Source: Octopus vulgaris
Lineage: Eukaryota
Direction of reading: 5' to 3'
NCBI GenBank assembly: GCA_951406725.2
Contig: OX597814.1
Coordinates: forward strand, 37,820,001-37,884,000
Length of the DNA: 64,000 nucleotides
Below are positions 51,630 through 64,000 of this stretch, in pieces (position 1 is the stretch's first letter; every line of letters begins with the position of its first letter). The position numbers and the translations under genes are program-made. The notes under the pieces are model-generated. The model made no database searches. It worked only from the letters and a program-made list of their open reading frames with translations, and had not been told where the DNA came from.

Positions 51630-53049
51630 AGAGAGAGAGGGGGGGAGAGAGATGAATGAATAATAGATGACTGTACAAGTACAAACAAATCCCTTACGGC
51701 CGTTTCTACCATGAGGCGTCATAATCTTCCAGGTAATCCTCATCACGTCAGTGATATAAAGGGTGAACAAACATTGGACAGAGATGGATAATGGTTGAGC
51801 CTCAAGGCTTCTTCAGAGAGGAAACTAACATGTGGGATATTGAATTAGAATAATAGAGTAGGGCAAATAACATAAGCTAGAGTAAAATAGGTAAAAACAA
51901 TGTAATGTAATATATATAGTAAGCGAATGTAAGGCCTTGATTTTAAGATGTTATAATCCGTGGTATTCCTCCCTGTGGTAAGTAAGTAAATTCACTCTCA
52001 GAAAAGCGAAGTTACAAGTATACATATAAATAATACAAATGAGCAAAGGCATTGAATTTGTGAGAACACGTTGTAGAAAAAGAAAAACCTTTTCTGAATC
52101 CGATATACTGGATTCAGCATTGTCTATACCTATATAATTCATTACTCTGCAGCCTGTACACAATTCTCTTCTAGCCTAGTATTTTTCTTAAGTAAAGTAA
52201 AACAATACTTGGCCAGTTTACGTGGCAGTGCTTCACTATTCACTATTTGCGTTTTCACATAAGTTGGCTATATAATATTCTACATATTAGATTACTTCAG
52301 CTATGACTTATATCAGAGATCAAGACTTAAAATTAAGTATTATAGATTACATATTGTTCACCTTAGGTTAGTTGCTGAAAATCGAATAAGAGAAAAGAGA
52401 AATAGATATCAAATTACAAATAAGATATTGCCAAGATAAACTGCAGGTGGATGTGGCTTTTCAACGACAGAGATAAAAATAATTTGGAAACAAAATGATT
52501 GAATATGTAAGTGAAAAAAATGGAAGGAAGTAACCAGAAATGGAACACTACTTAGACAAAATTAAATATACTCAAAATATCTGGTTGGCAGTAATAGAGA
52601 ATTAAGTGATATTGCTGATATATTTCCACGTATTTTGTTTTCATCTTGCGGATATCTACATTAAATTTGGTCACATATTTTCAAGCAAAACGCAAATACA
52701 TTTCTACCAAACAAGGAGTAAGAGTTGAGATAACTAATGAATTATCAAAAAATATGTATGTGAATGCATATATGCATTAGATCGGCCGCTGTTAAAATGT
52801 GTTTTGGAGTGCGATATTATGACTCATTGACATCATGCTACAGCCAAGAGTTATCTGATTTAAAGTATGTAAAGCGTACAACAGAATTATTCCATCGTTG
52901 CTGCATAGGGAGAATCCAATGGCAATAACAATAAAGATAATGACGTGTGTGTTAGGAAATCAAACATGCAATGAACACTTTAGATTACGTAACAGATAGC
53001 TTCAAATTAGAACTTAATAATTCAGCGCATAGGTCACCAACATGTATGT

Positions 53050-53178
<129 letters not shown>

Positions 53179-53293
53179 AGTGTGCGGAGTAAAAATGGTA
53201 AATTAAGAGCGCATGTTAACATGCTAAACTTTACATATACTACTTAACATTTAACACATAAAAATACTGTTTGGCTTTCACTTAGGTCTAATA

Positions 53294-54446
53294 CACTGTA
53301 CAACAAAAACGAACATTATTTCTACTACAGATATGAGCATAACATTTTCTAACGCAGTTTTATACGTAGAACACAAAAATGGCGACTGTTTCTCAGAGAA
53401 TGAATCTAGTTTATGGCAATTCAGCTTTTTAATCTTAGGATATTTGTATAATTTCAATTTTCTTTTTAATTTTATTTTGCAGCTGTTCAGAAAAAAAAAA
53501 TTACATTAAAATACTACGAAGCCAGTGTAGAAATCACACATACAAAATTTGTTATATCTGTGGTGCTATGGTATTCCGGAAGAATGCATGAAACAATCCG
53601 CCGTTGCTTTAAAAACAGTATTACTTATATTTTGATGTCAATATAGGAGACCAAGATGAAATTTGGTTTTAACATGTACCAATGGTCTTTCAGAAAGTGA
53701 AAAAATATAAAGTTTCGCATTCTAATGATTTGGAATGAACCAAAAGCGACCGTTCAGATTGCTATTTGGCATATTTTTGACAGGCGATAATTCTGAAAAC
53801 ACCTTAAAAGCTTTGGAATTGGGTGCGTGGCAAAGTTTCAATAATGTATGTAACGGTCTATATGGGAAGCACAGAGAAACCAACTATGGAAACCAACTTT
53901 AGAAACGTTCATTGATTCGTACAAATCATTAGGGTGTTAAATCAGTATGTCGTTAAATGTTCACTATTTGAATTCGCATTTAGCTTTATTTCCTCAGAAT
54001 GCAGCAGACGTCAGCAAGAAACATGGTGAGAGATTCGAAGACATAAGTCGAATGGAAACTTGATGTAAGGGGAAATGGAGACACGCTATGCTTGCTGACC
54101 TCTGCTGGTTTTTTCAGAGAGATAGACATGATACTAAACGTAGAAAGGAACATACATATTTTACTAAAATATAAATGTTTTTTCCTTTAATAAAATCCAC
54201 AAGTAACGTATTTACTATCAATAACAGACGATTTTGCAGAAAGCTCGCTTTACTTCTACGAAGAAAATATTATTTTCACCGAAAATGGCTCAATTTCTAG
54301 CAAAAACATACCGTTTAGTGCCATGTCGTTTTACGAAACACTGGAGTCGTTTCATGAAAAACAGAGTTCACGTTCGTTATCTGTTATAAAAACTCTCCCA
54401 GAAAATTATGCTCTCTTCTCTGTAGCAAAGTCATTATTGTACAGTG
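53294..54446 (+). mobile_element. Chapaev3-like DNA transposon, internally deleted, both TIRs present
   Basis: TIRs CACTGTACAA (53294) and TTGTACAGTG (54437-54446), flanked by ata/tta; remnants FCYICG (53548), YF...IGDQD, AWQSFNNVCNGL.G, MSLNVHYLNSHL..FPQNAADVSKKHGERF, MLADLCW. Confidence 0.85.
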
Positions 54447-54475
54447 TTACCAGTGACTGGTTACATAATTTCAAG

Positions 54476-54533
<58 letters not shown>

Positions 54534-54603
54534 TGTGTGTGTGTGTGTGTTTGTGTGTGTGTGTATGTGTATGTATGTATATATATGTGTGTATGTATGT
54601 ATG

Positions 54604-54975
54604 TGTGGAGGCGCAATGGCCCAGTGGTTAGGACAGCGGACTCGCTGTGGTAGGATCTCGATTTTCATCCCCATACCGGTGTTGTGTGTGTTTATTGAGC
54701 GAAAGCGCCTAAAAGTTCCACAAGGCTCCGGCAGGATATTTTGGGGAACCCTGCTTTACACTCTCACCACAACGTTCTGTCACTCTTTCTTCCTGTTTCT
54801 GTTGTACCTGTATTCCAAGGGCCAGCCTTCTCACATTCTGTGTCACACTGAATCTCCCCGAGAAATACGTTAAGTGAACACGTATCTGTGGAGTGCTCAG
54901 CCATTTGTACTCTAATTTCACGAGCATTGCTGTTCCGTGGATCGGATCCTTTGGAACCCTCATTGTCGTAATACG
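54604..54975 (+). mobile_element. tRNA-derived SINE
   Basis: gtggaggcgcaatggcccagtggttagg (A box), decayed B box, CORE-like gttgtgtgtgtttattgagcgaaagc; preceded by (GT)n. Confidence 0.8.
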
Positions 54976-54979
54976 TTAA

Positions 54980-56520
54980 GAGAGTGTGCATAGGCTGGCA
55001 CCTATATCCCCTATATATAGGGTATATGGTTTCCCTTTGGTGTGCTAAACATTTCACATCCAGATCTTCTTTGAGGTATTTTAGTCCGGCTGTTTGGGGT
55101 TGTATGATAGGTTAGCAAAACAAGAGTGCTTCTTGGGAAGATCACTACCGACGCGTTAGATAATATTCTCTTCTCTTTTGAGCATTAATTTAATCTATTA
55201 GCTGTTCTTGTTTAGCAAGTGCTGTCTCTGAGTAGGACTAAATGACATTCGAAGGCTGTCTGCATTGATCTCATGCCTCTACTTCCTTTGGATATTGTTA
55301 GGAAGGGCCTATTGATATAAGTATCTGTGGAGAGTTCCGCTTGCTGTTAGTAACTTGTGCGCTCAAATGTCTATAGTTAAATGTTGGGTTCGACACTGGT
55401 ACTGCAAATAAATTGTGTGATATCATCTTGTTATAAAAACATGTTCTGACTGCTAGACTTTTCGAAGTCTGTCATAATAACTTCAGGTCACTCAATCTTT
55501 ATTCACATGATATGTTTACATCAATACTTACATACTTGTAGAATTCTCTTTACATGTAGTACAAAGACCATTGGTACACGGGTTATAGATATGGGGACTG
55601 ATTTTCCCTGTTCAGTAATCAAATATGAATATTTCTCGTGGCCAAATTCCATGATGATGTCAGCTGAAAAAGTTATTAATTCCTGCTGTTTTGGAATTGT
55701 TTAAATTGTAAGCATGTATCTTCAGTTCAGCTACAAAGAAATAATTACGAATTACATTAATAGTGCTGAGATTTTCAGATGCATTCGATTTTTGTAGCAG
55801 GAATAACAGTAGATTTTATGAGAAATTTGACTCACAATGAGTCTGGTGGCTAGCAATGGGATTACTATAGATCTATGCAAATCTGTGTTTCTTTCTTGCC
55901 TACAAGTTTCGTCCAATTTGCTATGTCAATCTAACCTTCCATGTACTTTTAGATATACCTATTAGTGGCTTCTGGTAAAAAATGTTAACCTTTTGTATCA
56001 GTATCAAATATTAGGACTCTTGCTGGTGCCCCCTCCTTATGAAAGTTTCCTGCAGCTGTGGGGAAAGTTTCTGGTTTTTACTGATGATGTTGGCAGATAA
56101 TTCTCTCTTTACTGCATTTAGCGACGATGCATTAAGTTTATCTGTTTTTGTTCCCGATTTTCCAACACAATTATTCAAGTGTTTTCTTGAAAGGATACTT
56201 TTTGTTAACGGTAATATCATATATGTATGAGTATATCTATGTTTGAAATATCTACGTATTTTCAAAAGCTTATATCTTTTTCTGAAAAACAAGACTCAGT
56301 TTTATTGCCTGAGTAGTATCTTTTGTATTACAAAGACCTACTTGTGCACGACAGTACTGTTCATAGTGACTTCACATTCCACCACTTTTGTGCTTGAACT
56401 ATATTTCCGTCGATTTTGTTTGTATTCATCAGCAATCCTAAGCCTCCTCCGCTTGTGTTTTGTCAACCCAAGTCTCCAATGGGAGACATTTTCATCAAAA
56501 TCCTCTCACTTTTGAACACT
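54980..56520 (-). mobile_element. degenerate R4/Dong-clade LINE, interrupted at ~55890-56030
   Basis: Minus-strand remnants FVAELKIHA (LFxDDLKxYA), FGHEKYSYLITEQGK, HNLFAVPV..PTF, SGTLH.., KGSRGMRSMQTAFEC. Confidence 0.6.
55890..56030 (-). mobile_element. short insertion with a hammerhead-like fold (Penelope-pLTR-like)
   Basis: Minus strand gcacc-agcaaga-gtcc...~100 nt...ggac-gaaa-cttg-ta-ggc. Confidence 0.4.
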
Positions 56521-59063
56521 TGTATAAAGTTATTTCTTGTTTTTTTTTCGATAATTTTGAAACGAAAGTAGGGTCGCCCATGTGGTCTCTAACCAGGGTC
56601 TTGTTTATGCGTACGATGTGAGATCTAGGCATAATCTTGCTAATAACACGTCCAGTTTCATTTATATGAATTCCATAAATGAACCCACAAGCTTAAAAAA
56701 AAAGAAAACATTCGCCAAAATTACTCCGCCAGGAACATTACTTTTTATCTAAGGTAAAATTTCATAGAAATGTCTGTAATTAATATTTTTCAAATGACCC
56801 ACTCATGAAAAACTTTTAGAAAATCTTTATTTCACACCATAAAATCATACACAGTTATTAGACAAAACGATCCAAAAAGTCACTATAAAATTCTAAGCAA
56901 CATAACACCTACCACCTACACTCCCGAGATATACAAATGTTACATCCCCAAAATAACCAAAGCAGCCCATGAAGAAACTAAAATCACATCACACAATCAA
57001 TTAACACAAAAATCCAACCAAGAAACATATACAAACATATCTTTCCGACACTAATATCAAATTGTAATAAATTTCCCTTGATGAGGTTAGTGGTATGAAA
57101 ATCCTGTCGCCTGACAAACTCTCAGATGTATTTTCAATCAAAATTATATCCTCTTCAACATGTTTGAGCACTAGTAACTCATTCTTTCTATATAAACCAC
57201 TGCACGAATTGCATGCACACAAGCGATCAGAGGGGCATATACACATACATGTACACACACAGATAAACACACACAAACACACAAACACATACGCCCGCAC
57301 AGACGCACGCACATGCATATATATATATACATATATATAAGCATTAAGAACGATGCATTAGTTTACACTTCCTAAAATATATATGTGGCTCATTATATTA
57401 ATTCCGTTTTTATATCCTCATAAATACCGGAATATTTGATGCAATGTAGTGTTTATTAGTTTCTGCCTGAGTGTGCACTGTCATTTGTATTATGATCATA
57501 ATTTGTATCATTAAATATTTTGTTTATTGCACAATTCATCTAGTGTAGCAATATTCACATAAAGATCATAAAGAAGGAAACGGATGTTCTTACGTTTTCA
57601 GATCCGTTAGAAAAGTTTGATACCTAAGGCATATTAATTCAATAACTAATGTTAAAATAGATATTCCTATGCTTCAGACTACTTTCTGAAAAGTTGTCTT
57701 TTGATGGACTATTTAGACAATTTACTAATCCAAATTGCTATCTAGCAAATAATGTGAGGAGGTAGGACACACGCTGATGTGACAATTTAACATTCGTGTC
57801 AGTGTAATTACTTCCATAATAGTTATATGCGTAAATAATATGCAGATACTTTCACTTATGCATTAAAGATACATTTTAGAAACAACTTCTAAATAGATTC
57901 TAACACTCTATTCTGAATATGTTTGTGTACAGTTCATATATCAGTGAAATACTGAGCACGTTGAAGCATCTATACCCAGCACATCACCTAGATATTGCAA
58001 AACAATGCATAAAACATCAGGAAACTGTCAATGTTTCTAATATAAGACGTGTGATATGTTCAGTCAAACTGACAGCAATTACGCAAATACAGACTAAAGT
58101 TTTTTTCATCACCGAAATTACATTTCCGAAATAAAACAAAAAATACGTCTTTATTACTCACGTTTCTTTTATTTGTTTTCCGTGCGCTTTATTGTTTCGT
58201 ATTCTGTGTCGTAGTTATTTATCTGACTTTTCTGGTTTTATATATTTACAATATGCATGGCGGTGTTCATATTGTTTCCTCTGTTAGTGTTGCTTTGTCA
58301 AAATATGCAGTTATTTTATTTACATGTTAGTTTTCTTTCATTACTTGTTTTATACTTGATGCAAAATATGATTATTTCAATTTCTGTTGTTGCTTTTTAT
58401 GTCACTTCTGCTTAAATCTGCTCTTATAACACATATGTCTGAAAAAATATTGTTCCGAATCTATATTACACAAGTAGTCTCGCAATTTTCTTTTAAATGA
58501 ATATGCCATTTATAATTTGAACTCCTGCATTTGATTTAAGGAATATAACTACCTAATGTTTTATCGGAGTTGCTTGAGGGTAATCATATAAAAAAGGGTT
58601 ACTATGTCTGAATGAAACGTGTTATCAAATTTCTTTACAAAAACATATATTCATGTTTAGTTATTTTCCTTATGTGATTGTGGCTCGTATATACATTTGT
58701 GAACTATTGTATATTATACAGTATATATCATACTGTATCTGCTTTCTCTGCACAGTACTATCATATCCATTACACCGGGAAAAACAATCGCTGTTTCAGA
58801 ATAAGAGGTCGGATTTGTTTTTCTTGTATCAAATCACTTTACTTAATATTAAAAGCGTCATCAGTGTAATTTAGAACCGTGTAACTATAATATAGTATCT
58901 CTCTTTCCATTTCAAAAGTATGAATAAACTGATGTGGAGATGTGTACTTATTTTCACAAGCGGTATCGATTTGAAAATCAGTGATATTACCTAAATGATG
59001 CACATTCATATATAACGATAATATTCGTCCTAACAACATTAGTTATAAGACAAAATTGACGAC

Positions 59064-59164
59064 TATATATATATATATATATATATATACAGTCATATAA
59101 ATAAAAATGTCTATATTCATGCACATACATACATACACCGATCAACATATACACTAACGCACTT

Positions 59165-59198
<34 letters not shown>

Positions 59199-59380
59199 AA
59201 GTGCGTTAGTGTATATGTTGATCGGTGTATGTATGTGCATGAATATATACATGTTTATTTATATGACTGTATATATATATATATATAGACCTATGAATAT
59301 ATGCCTACGTATACACATACATAAACTTATATACATATAAGCAACTATATATATCTATATATATATAAATGTGTGTGAGC

Positions 59381-59422
<42 letters not shown>

Positions 59423-59523
59423 AACATGCTCACACACATTTATATATATATATAGGTATATATAGTTGCTTATATGTATATAAGTTTATGTATGTGTATA
59501 CGTAGGCATATATTCATAGGTCT
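59064..59523. repeat. two adjacent long palindromes, each centred on (TA)n
   Basis: Arms 59089-59167/59196-59270 and 59287-59386/59422-59523 are near-perfect reverse complements. Confidence 0.92.
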
Positions 59524-59939
59524 GTGTGTGAGTCTGTGTTGGTATATGAGAATGTATCAGGCCTCTGAGTACCTAGATGCACGTATGTATATATATGTAT
59601 GCATGTATGTATCTATATAAGTGCTTAAGCGTATATGTTGATCGGTGTAAGTATATAGGTACACGCGTATATATGTATGTATATATGTAGGTACATATAG
59701 TTTCCTAGATACAGGTATTAATATACGCGTGTGTACTGGAATGTATGTATATGCACCTGTATGTAAGTCTATGCATGTGTGTATGTAGGCATTTATTCAT
59801 AGGTTTGTGTGTGAGTATGTATCCGACCACTCAATACTAAACATCAGCTTAAGAAGTTCATATGTGTAGCCGGTCATGTAGATCAGATCAAAAGTACAAC
59901 CAAAGAGTATACGAATATCATTCAAATGGCAACCATTAC

Positions 59940-60085
59940 CTATTTCTTTATTACCCACAAGGAGCTAAACATAGAGGGGACAAGCAAGGACAGACATAGG
60001 TATTAAGTCGATTACATCGACGCCAGTGCGTAACTGATGCTTAATTTATCGACCCCAAAAAGATGAAAGGCAAAGTCGACCTCGT
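59940..60085 (-). mobile_element. SINE 3' two-thirds
   Basis: Reverse complement cgaggtcgactttgcctttcatc..ggggtcgataaattaag..cactggcgtcgatgtaatcgactt...gtgggtaataaagaaa. Confidence 0.8.
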
Positions 60086-60539
60086 ACCATTTACTACCAT
60101 TCATTGCAGTCCGACAAACGGAGAGCCCAACTACGGTCCTCCAGTAGCACTTACATAACCATACCTGCCATCTTGGGTCTTCTGCACACCAATACCTCTT
60201 ATATGTATGTATATATACATATATACAAATACATTTACGAACACATATTTCTCAGCAGAAAATTCAAAGGAAATAATTTTAAACACTTGTTGATATATGA
60301 TTCGTTATGATAACTATCCATACAGTTGCACACAAACGTAGCCGCCCGAATTCAATCTTGCATAATGTTTTCATCATCGATCTTTTAACGCACATTTGTT
60401 TTCTGAGGAGCGTATAATATAGTTGTATGCGCAAAAATATTTTGCATATTCCACATGATGCTTTACTCTTTCATAAAATTCGTTCATTTGCTTTGCAACT
60501 GGCCTGGCCCCAACAGAAGCACATACTCTCTAACGGATT

Positions 60540-61420
60540 TAGTTCTTGACTCTGTCATTGACAGTACTGTATTTTCAGGATAAATTATCTAATAGAAATT
60601 TAAAATTGTTTCTCGATAATTACATAGGACTGCTGTTGGTCAGTTAAACTGTAGAAATTGTTGTGTTTAATATCACAACATTGTATTGGATGAGCATTTT
60701 TTGCGATACCAATTCCGTCATTGCATGTGAAACAGTGTAGAATACTCTGCATATTGGCGGTAGTTAGCCAAAAAACACTATGGCGTAGCGTTTCAGCGAC
60801 AACGATTACCATGTAGAGAGGCAACAGCCGTTATGTTACACATCTTTTTGCGTGGTAATATGGCTCCGGCTAATGGTTGGTTATAATTTCAATATGGCAA
60901 TTATGTGTTATAAATCTTGACATTGTGTGTGAAACTGCTATAGTGAAAGTTGTATTTTCTGGTTTTCTGTTAACGGAAATTTGTAGTTCTGCAGGGCTAT
61001 TTGTTTTTTATGACTACACTGGATTTTCCTATTCATTCCTATGTGGATTTTCCTATTCAAACATACTTCAGGCAACGGAATATGTTGTAGTTTCACACGA
61101 AATATGTCTTTGCAAATTCGGACGCCATGTGATCTAAGAGTGGCCATTGCAAGAATGCTTCATTTGAGGTGGAAATATTTATTTTTGCTGTACCACAATA
61201 TGAGTATGACATGGAATACTGTAGCATTTTCCAGTTCACACATCTTTGGAATTACATATGTTGTGTGTATTTGATTTATATCACTGGATGTCATATCCGT
61301 GTGTTATTTCATGGTACCAACGGGTTTTGCGTGATTAGTTCTGATGATATGAGCATAATACATGAGGGACAGGAGGATGAGAAATTGGTGGTATTAAGAT
61401 AGATAGAGCATGTGGCATAG
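60540..61420 (-). mobile_element. degenerate CR1-like LINE relic
   Basis: ORF 60600-60824 ..ILHCFTCNDGIGIAKNAHP..KHNNFYS resembles the C-terminal region of CR1-group ORF2. Confidence 0.35.
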
Positions 61421-61569
61421 GTTGCTGGCCGTGTTAGTGAAAATTTAATTCATCTGTAGCGTGCATGATAATCATGACGTTATGTGTATTAACGGAAAGT
61501 AAATGGTTAACCATATTTAAGCTTTATTTGGAGATGCTGACATATATCCTTTAAGCAAAAAAAAAAAAT

Positions 61570-62950
61570 CTACACTGAATGGATGATTATACTAAATCAA
61601 AAATTTTCCAACGAAATCGCTGCGGCTCTGGATTATAGAGGAGGATGGAAATTCCCTATATGCCAGCTTATCATTAAAGCCACCCTCCTCTTGTGCATCT
61701 TTTGAATAAAGTTTTCTCCTATTACAAGTCAGTGATCTATATAGATCGGTTATTCTTCTGCTTATATCAGTGACTTTATTTCAAAATCCGGCTGTAAGAG
61801 TCAATATCGGTATAACTAGATTCTACATTCTTTTTTTTCTGTAGTACGTGCTTATCATGAGGTCTAGTTGTAATTGCAGACATTGAAACAATGTTAATAT
61901 GGCAGTAATATTCACAGACAAGCTGAATTCATAATTCAGCATGACAAGTTGATGAAAACATCATCAGACTATAAAGAAAGAGAAAATATCTGAAAAAGGA
62001 CAAAGTGAGCAGAAACAAAAATGTTTACGAACTAAAATACTAGTCATATATTCACGCTGTCTGCAGCAATGACAGAGTTAAATAACCCCAAAATTGTATG
62101 ACTTCCAGACCAGCGTGTGATCTATTAATACTATTATTAATAATGATGCCCTGGTGATAACAGAGACAAGAAAGAACCCAAAGAACGATGTTCATTTGCG
62201 AAAGATCATTAGCCCTGCTTTATCCAGCTCCATAATAATTTGTGCAAAAGCCATTATTCAGAATGTGGCCAAAGGTTCTACAGCTGCAATAACTGTGTGG
62301 TTGACTCTGTGAATGGAGTAAATCCTCAATATGTATTGATTGAACTAAGTTTCGGCACCCGTACATCATATCGATTATAAATTATATCGAAGAAAATTTA
62401 AATGCATGTTCTGGTGGTTTACTTGCTAATTACCAAAAAACTTTTTGACTTCAACTTGCCCTTCTTCCAGATGATCTTTCCAAAATATCATTGGAAACTA
62501 GTTAGATATTTATAAATCTTCACTCCCAGGTTGTCATTTTAGATTTTAAGTCGAAAATAATTTATTTGCAACCAATTACAGGTTCATCTCTGATATTTTT
62601 ACATGAATATATTAAGCTAAAATGGATTATGACCTATATGTTGCATATATATTAAGACACGTTTGCTATTTGGAAATGCAAATTCATGGAAAAGAAATTA
62701 ATATCTCCAAACAAATTTAGTTTGGCTGGGGATATTATTTGCGTTTACAAAAGAGTATCCTGGGATCAGAGATTGGCAGAGTATTTCAATTGCAAATGTC
62801 TGACAACTTAAAATTTCTAGTCATTTCTTTTCTCTAAGGAAAATACAATAACAGATGAACTCAGTCTGAAATATTGGAGGCGGTAATCTAAGTTTATTAC
62901 GTTAACACGTCCTTTTTCAGAAGATATTTGGTGTTACAAGTAAGAGCTTT
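61570..62950 (+). mobile_element. highly degenerate LINE relic (possibly CR1/L2)
   Basis: Scattered decayed motifs in the expected order (K.FD at ~62440, VSW/GS at ~62755, DE.Q at ~62855). Confidence 0.25.
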
Positions 62951-63068
62951 TGGCTCAAAACTCATTACCATGGAACAAAAGTAATTATTTTCGACAGCTT
63001 TGTACGCAAATTATTTTAACCAATCAGCAAAACTGTAAAGTTTATTATACTTATATTTGCCTTAGAAA

Positions 63069-63073
<5 letters not shown>

Positions 63074-63126
<53 letters not shown>
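63074..63126. repeat. (GA)n
   Basis: direct sequence. Confidence 0.95.
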
Positions 63127-63131
<5 letters not shown>

Positions 63132-63228
63132 GGTAAATGAATTGAAGTAGGAATTCGCTTTCGGAATCACAGACACACATATATACAAAGAGACAGACAG
63201 ACAGAAAGACACGCATACGCATGTGTGA

Positions 63229-63278
<50 letters not shown>

Positions 63279-63435
63279 GTGTGTGTTTGTCTTTATATAT
63301 GCACACCATGAACCATGACTAAATAGAATATGCACGATGGCTATAACCGAAAATAAGTTAGAAGAATGTATTAAAATGAATGTATTTAAAAAGAAGCTCA
63401 TGCTGTGCTGTACACAAGTGTACATTACTTATATA

Positions 63436-63502
<67 letters not shown>

Positions 63503-64000
63503 TCTGTATCCATCCTGAAATACTTTGTTAAAAAGAATATCAAAATATATATTTAACAATAAACATACATAAAATCTGTACACCTTGAAAATACTGATAA
63601 ACAAAAAGCCAAATATAAAGAACAGGAGGCAAACAGAAAGTGGTTAATGTTTATGTTTTAAAAACAAGCAACAATAGTCACATCAGACGAAATATACGGC
63701 TTCCATTATAATGATAATGGAGGCTTCCTAATGGTTAGAATTCAAATATACAGTTGTTTGTTATTTTATTATTGCTAATTACTCAGAAACTAAATGTGAT
63801 TTTCTTCGTTAGCAGGCAAAATTACATCACTTTAGAAAATTTGAAGAACATCTATGGTGTGAAAGAAGCTATTAAGATCCCATTTGTGTTATTTATTTAG
63901 TATTCTCACTGACGAATAATGAGAATGGTATTCACATATGTAAACACACACACACACACACAAGTATATACATATGCATATATGTATACGTATCTGTGTT

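Noticed and set aside
58150-58420. Minus-strand exon with a gtgagtaa donor
   Set aside because: Low-complexity A-rich sequence with no ORF; a donor-like word alone is insufficient.

Overview
AT-rich eukaryotic, non-genic or intronic DNA. The microsatellite density and the repertoire of tRNA/CORE-type SINEs, R4/Dong, RTE, Tx1 and CR1 LINEs, Penelope-like fragments and DNA transposons suggest an octopod cephalopod (inference from repeat content). I found no supportable host exon, rRNA, intact tRNA or CRISPR array. Almost all listed ORFs are microsatellite translations or frameshifted transposon relics. Recognisable elements: a young RTE LINE with an odd 5' inverted piece, several R4/Dong LINEs bounded by trinucleotide microsatellites, a Tx1-like LINE, mariner/maT, hAT and Chapaev3 relics, MITEs and a 1.3 kb 23-bp minisatellite. 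Two signals stand out. (1) Several short repeats carry decayed minimal type-I hammerhead-ribozyme folds, including a composite of tRNA-like head, (AAT)n and hammerhead tail at ~32.1-32.8 kb that could be a Penelope-mobilised SINE or retrozyme. (2) Fold-back inversions and palindromes recur at (TA)n tracts. Family names come from motif recognition only, and boundaries of degenerate elements are approximate.
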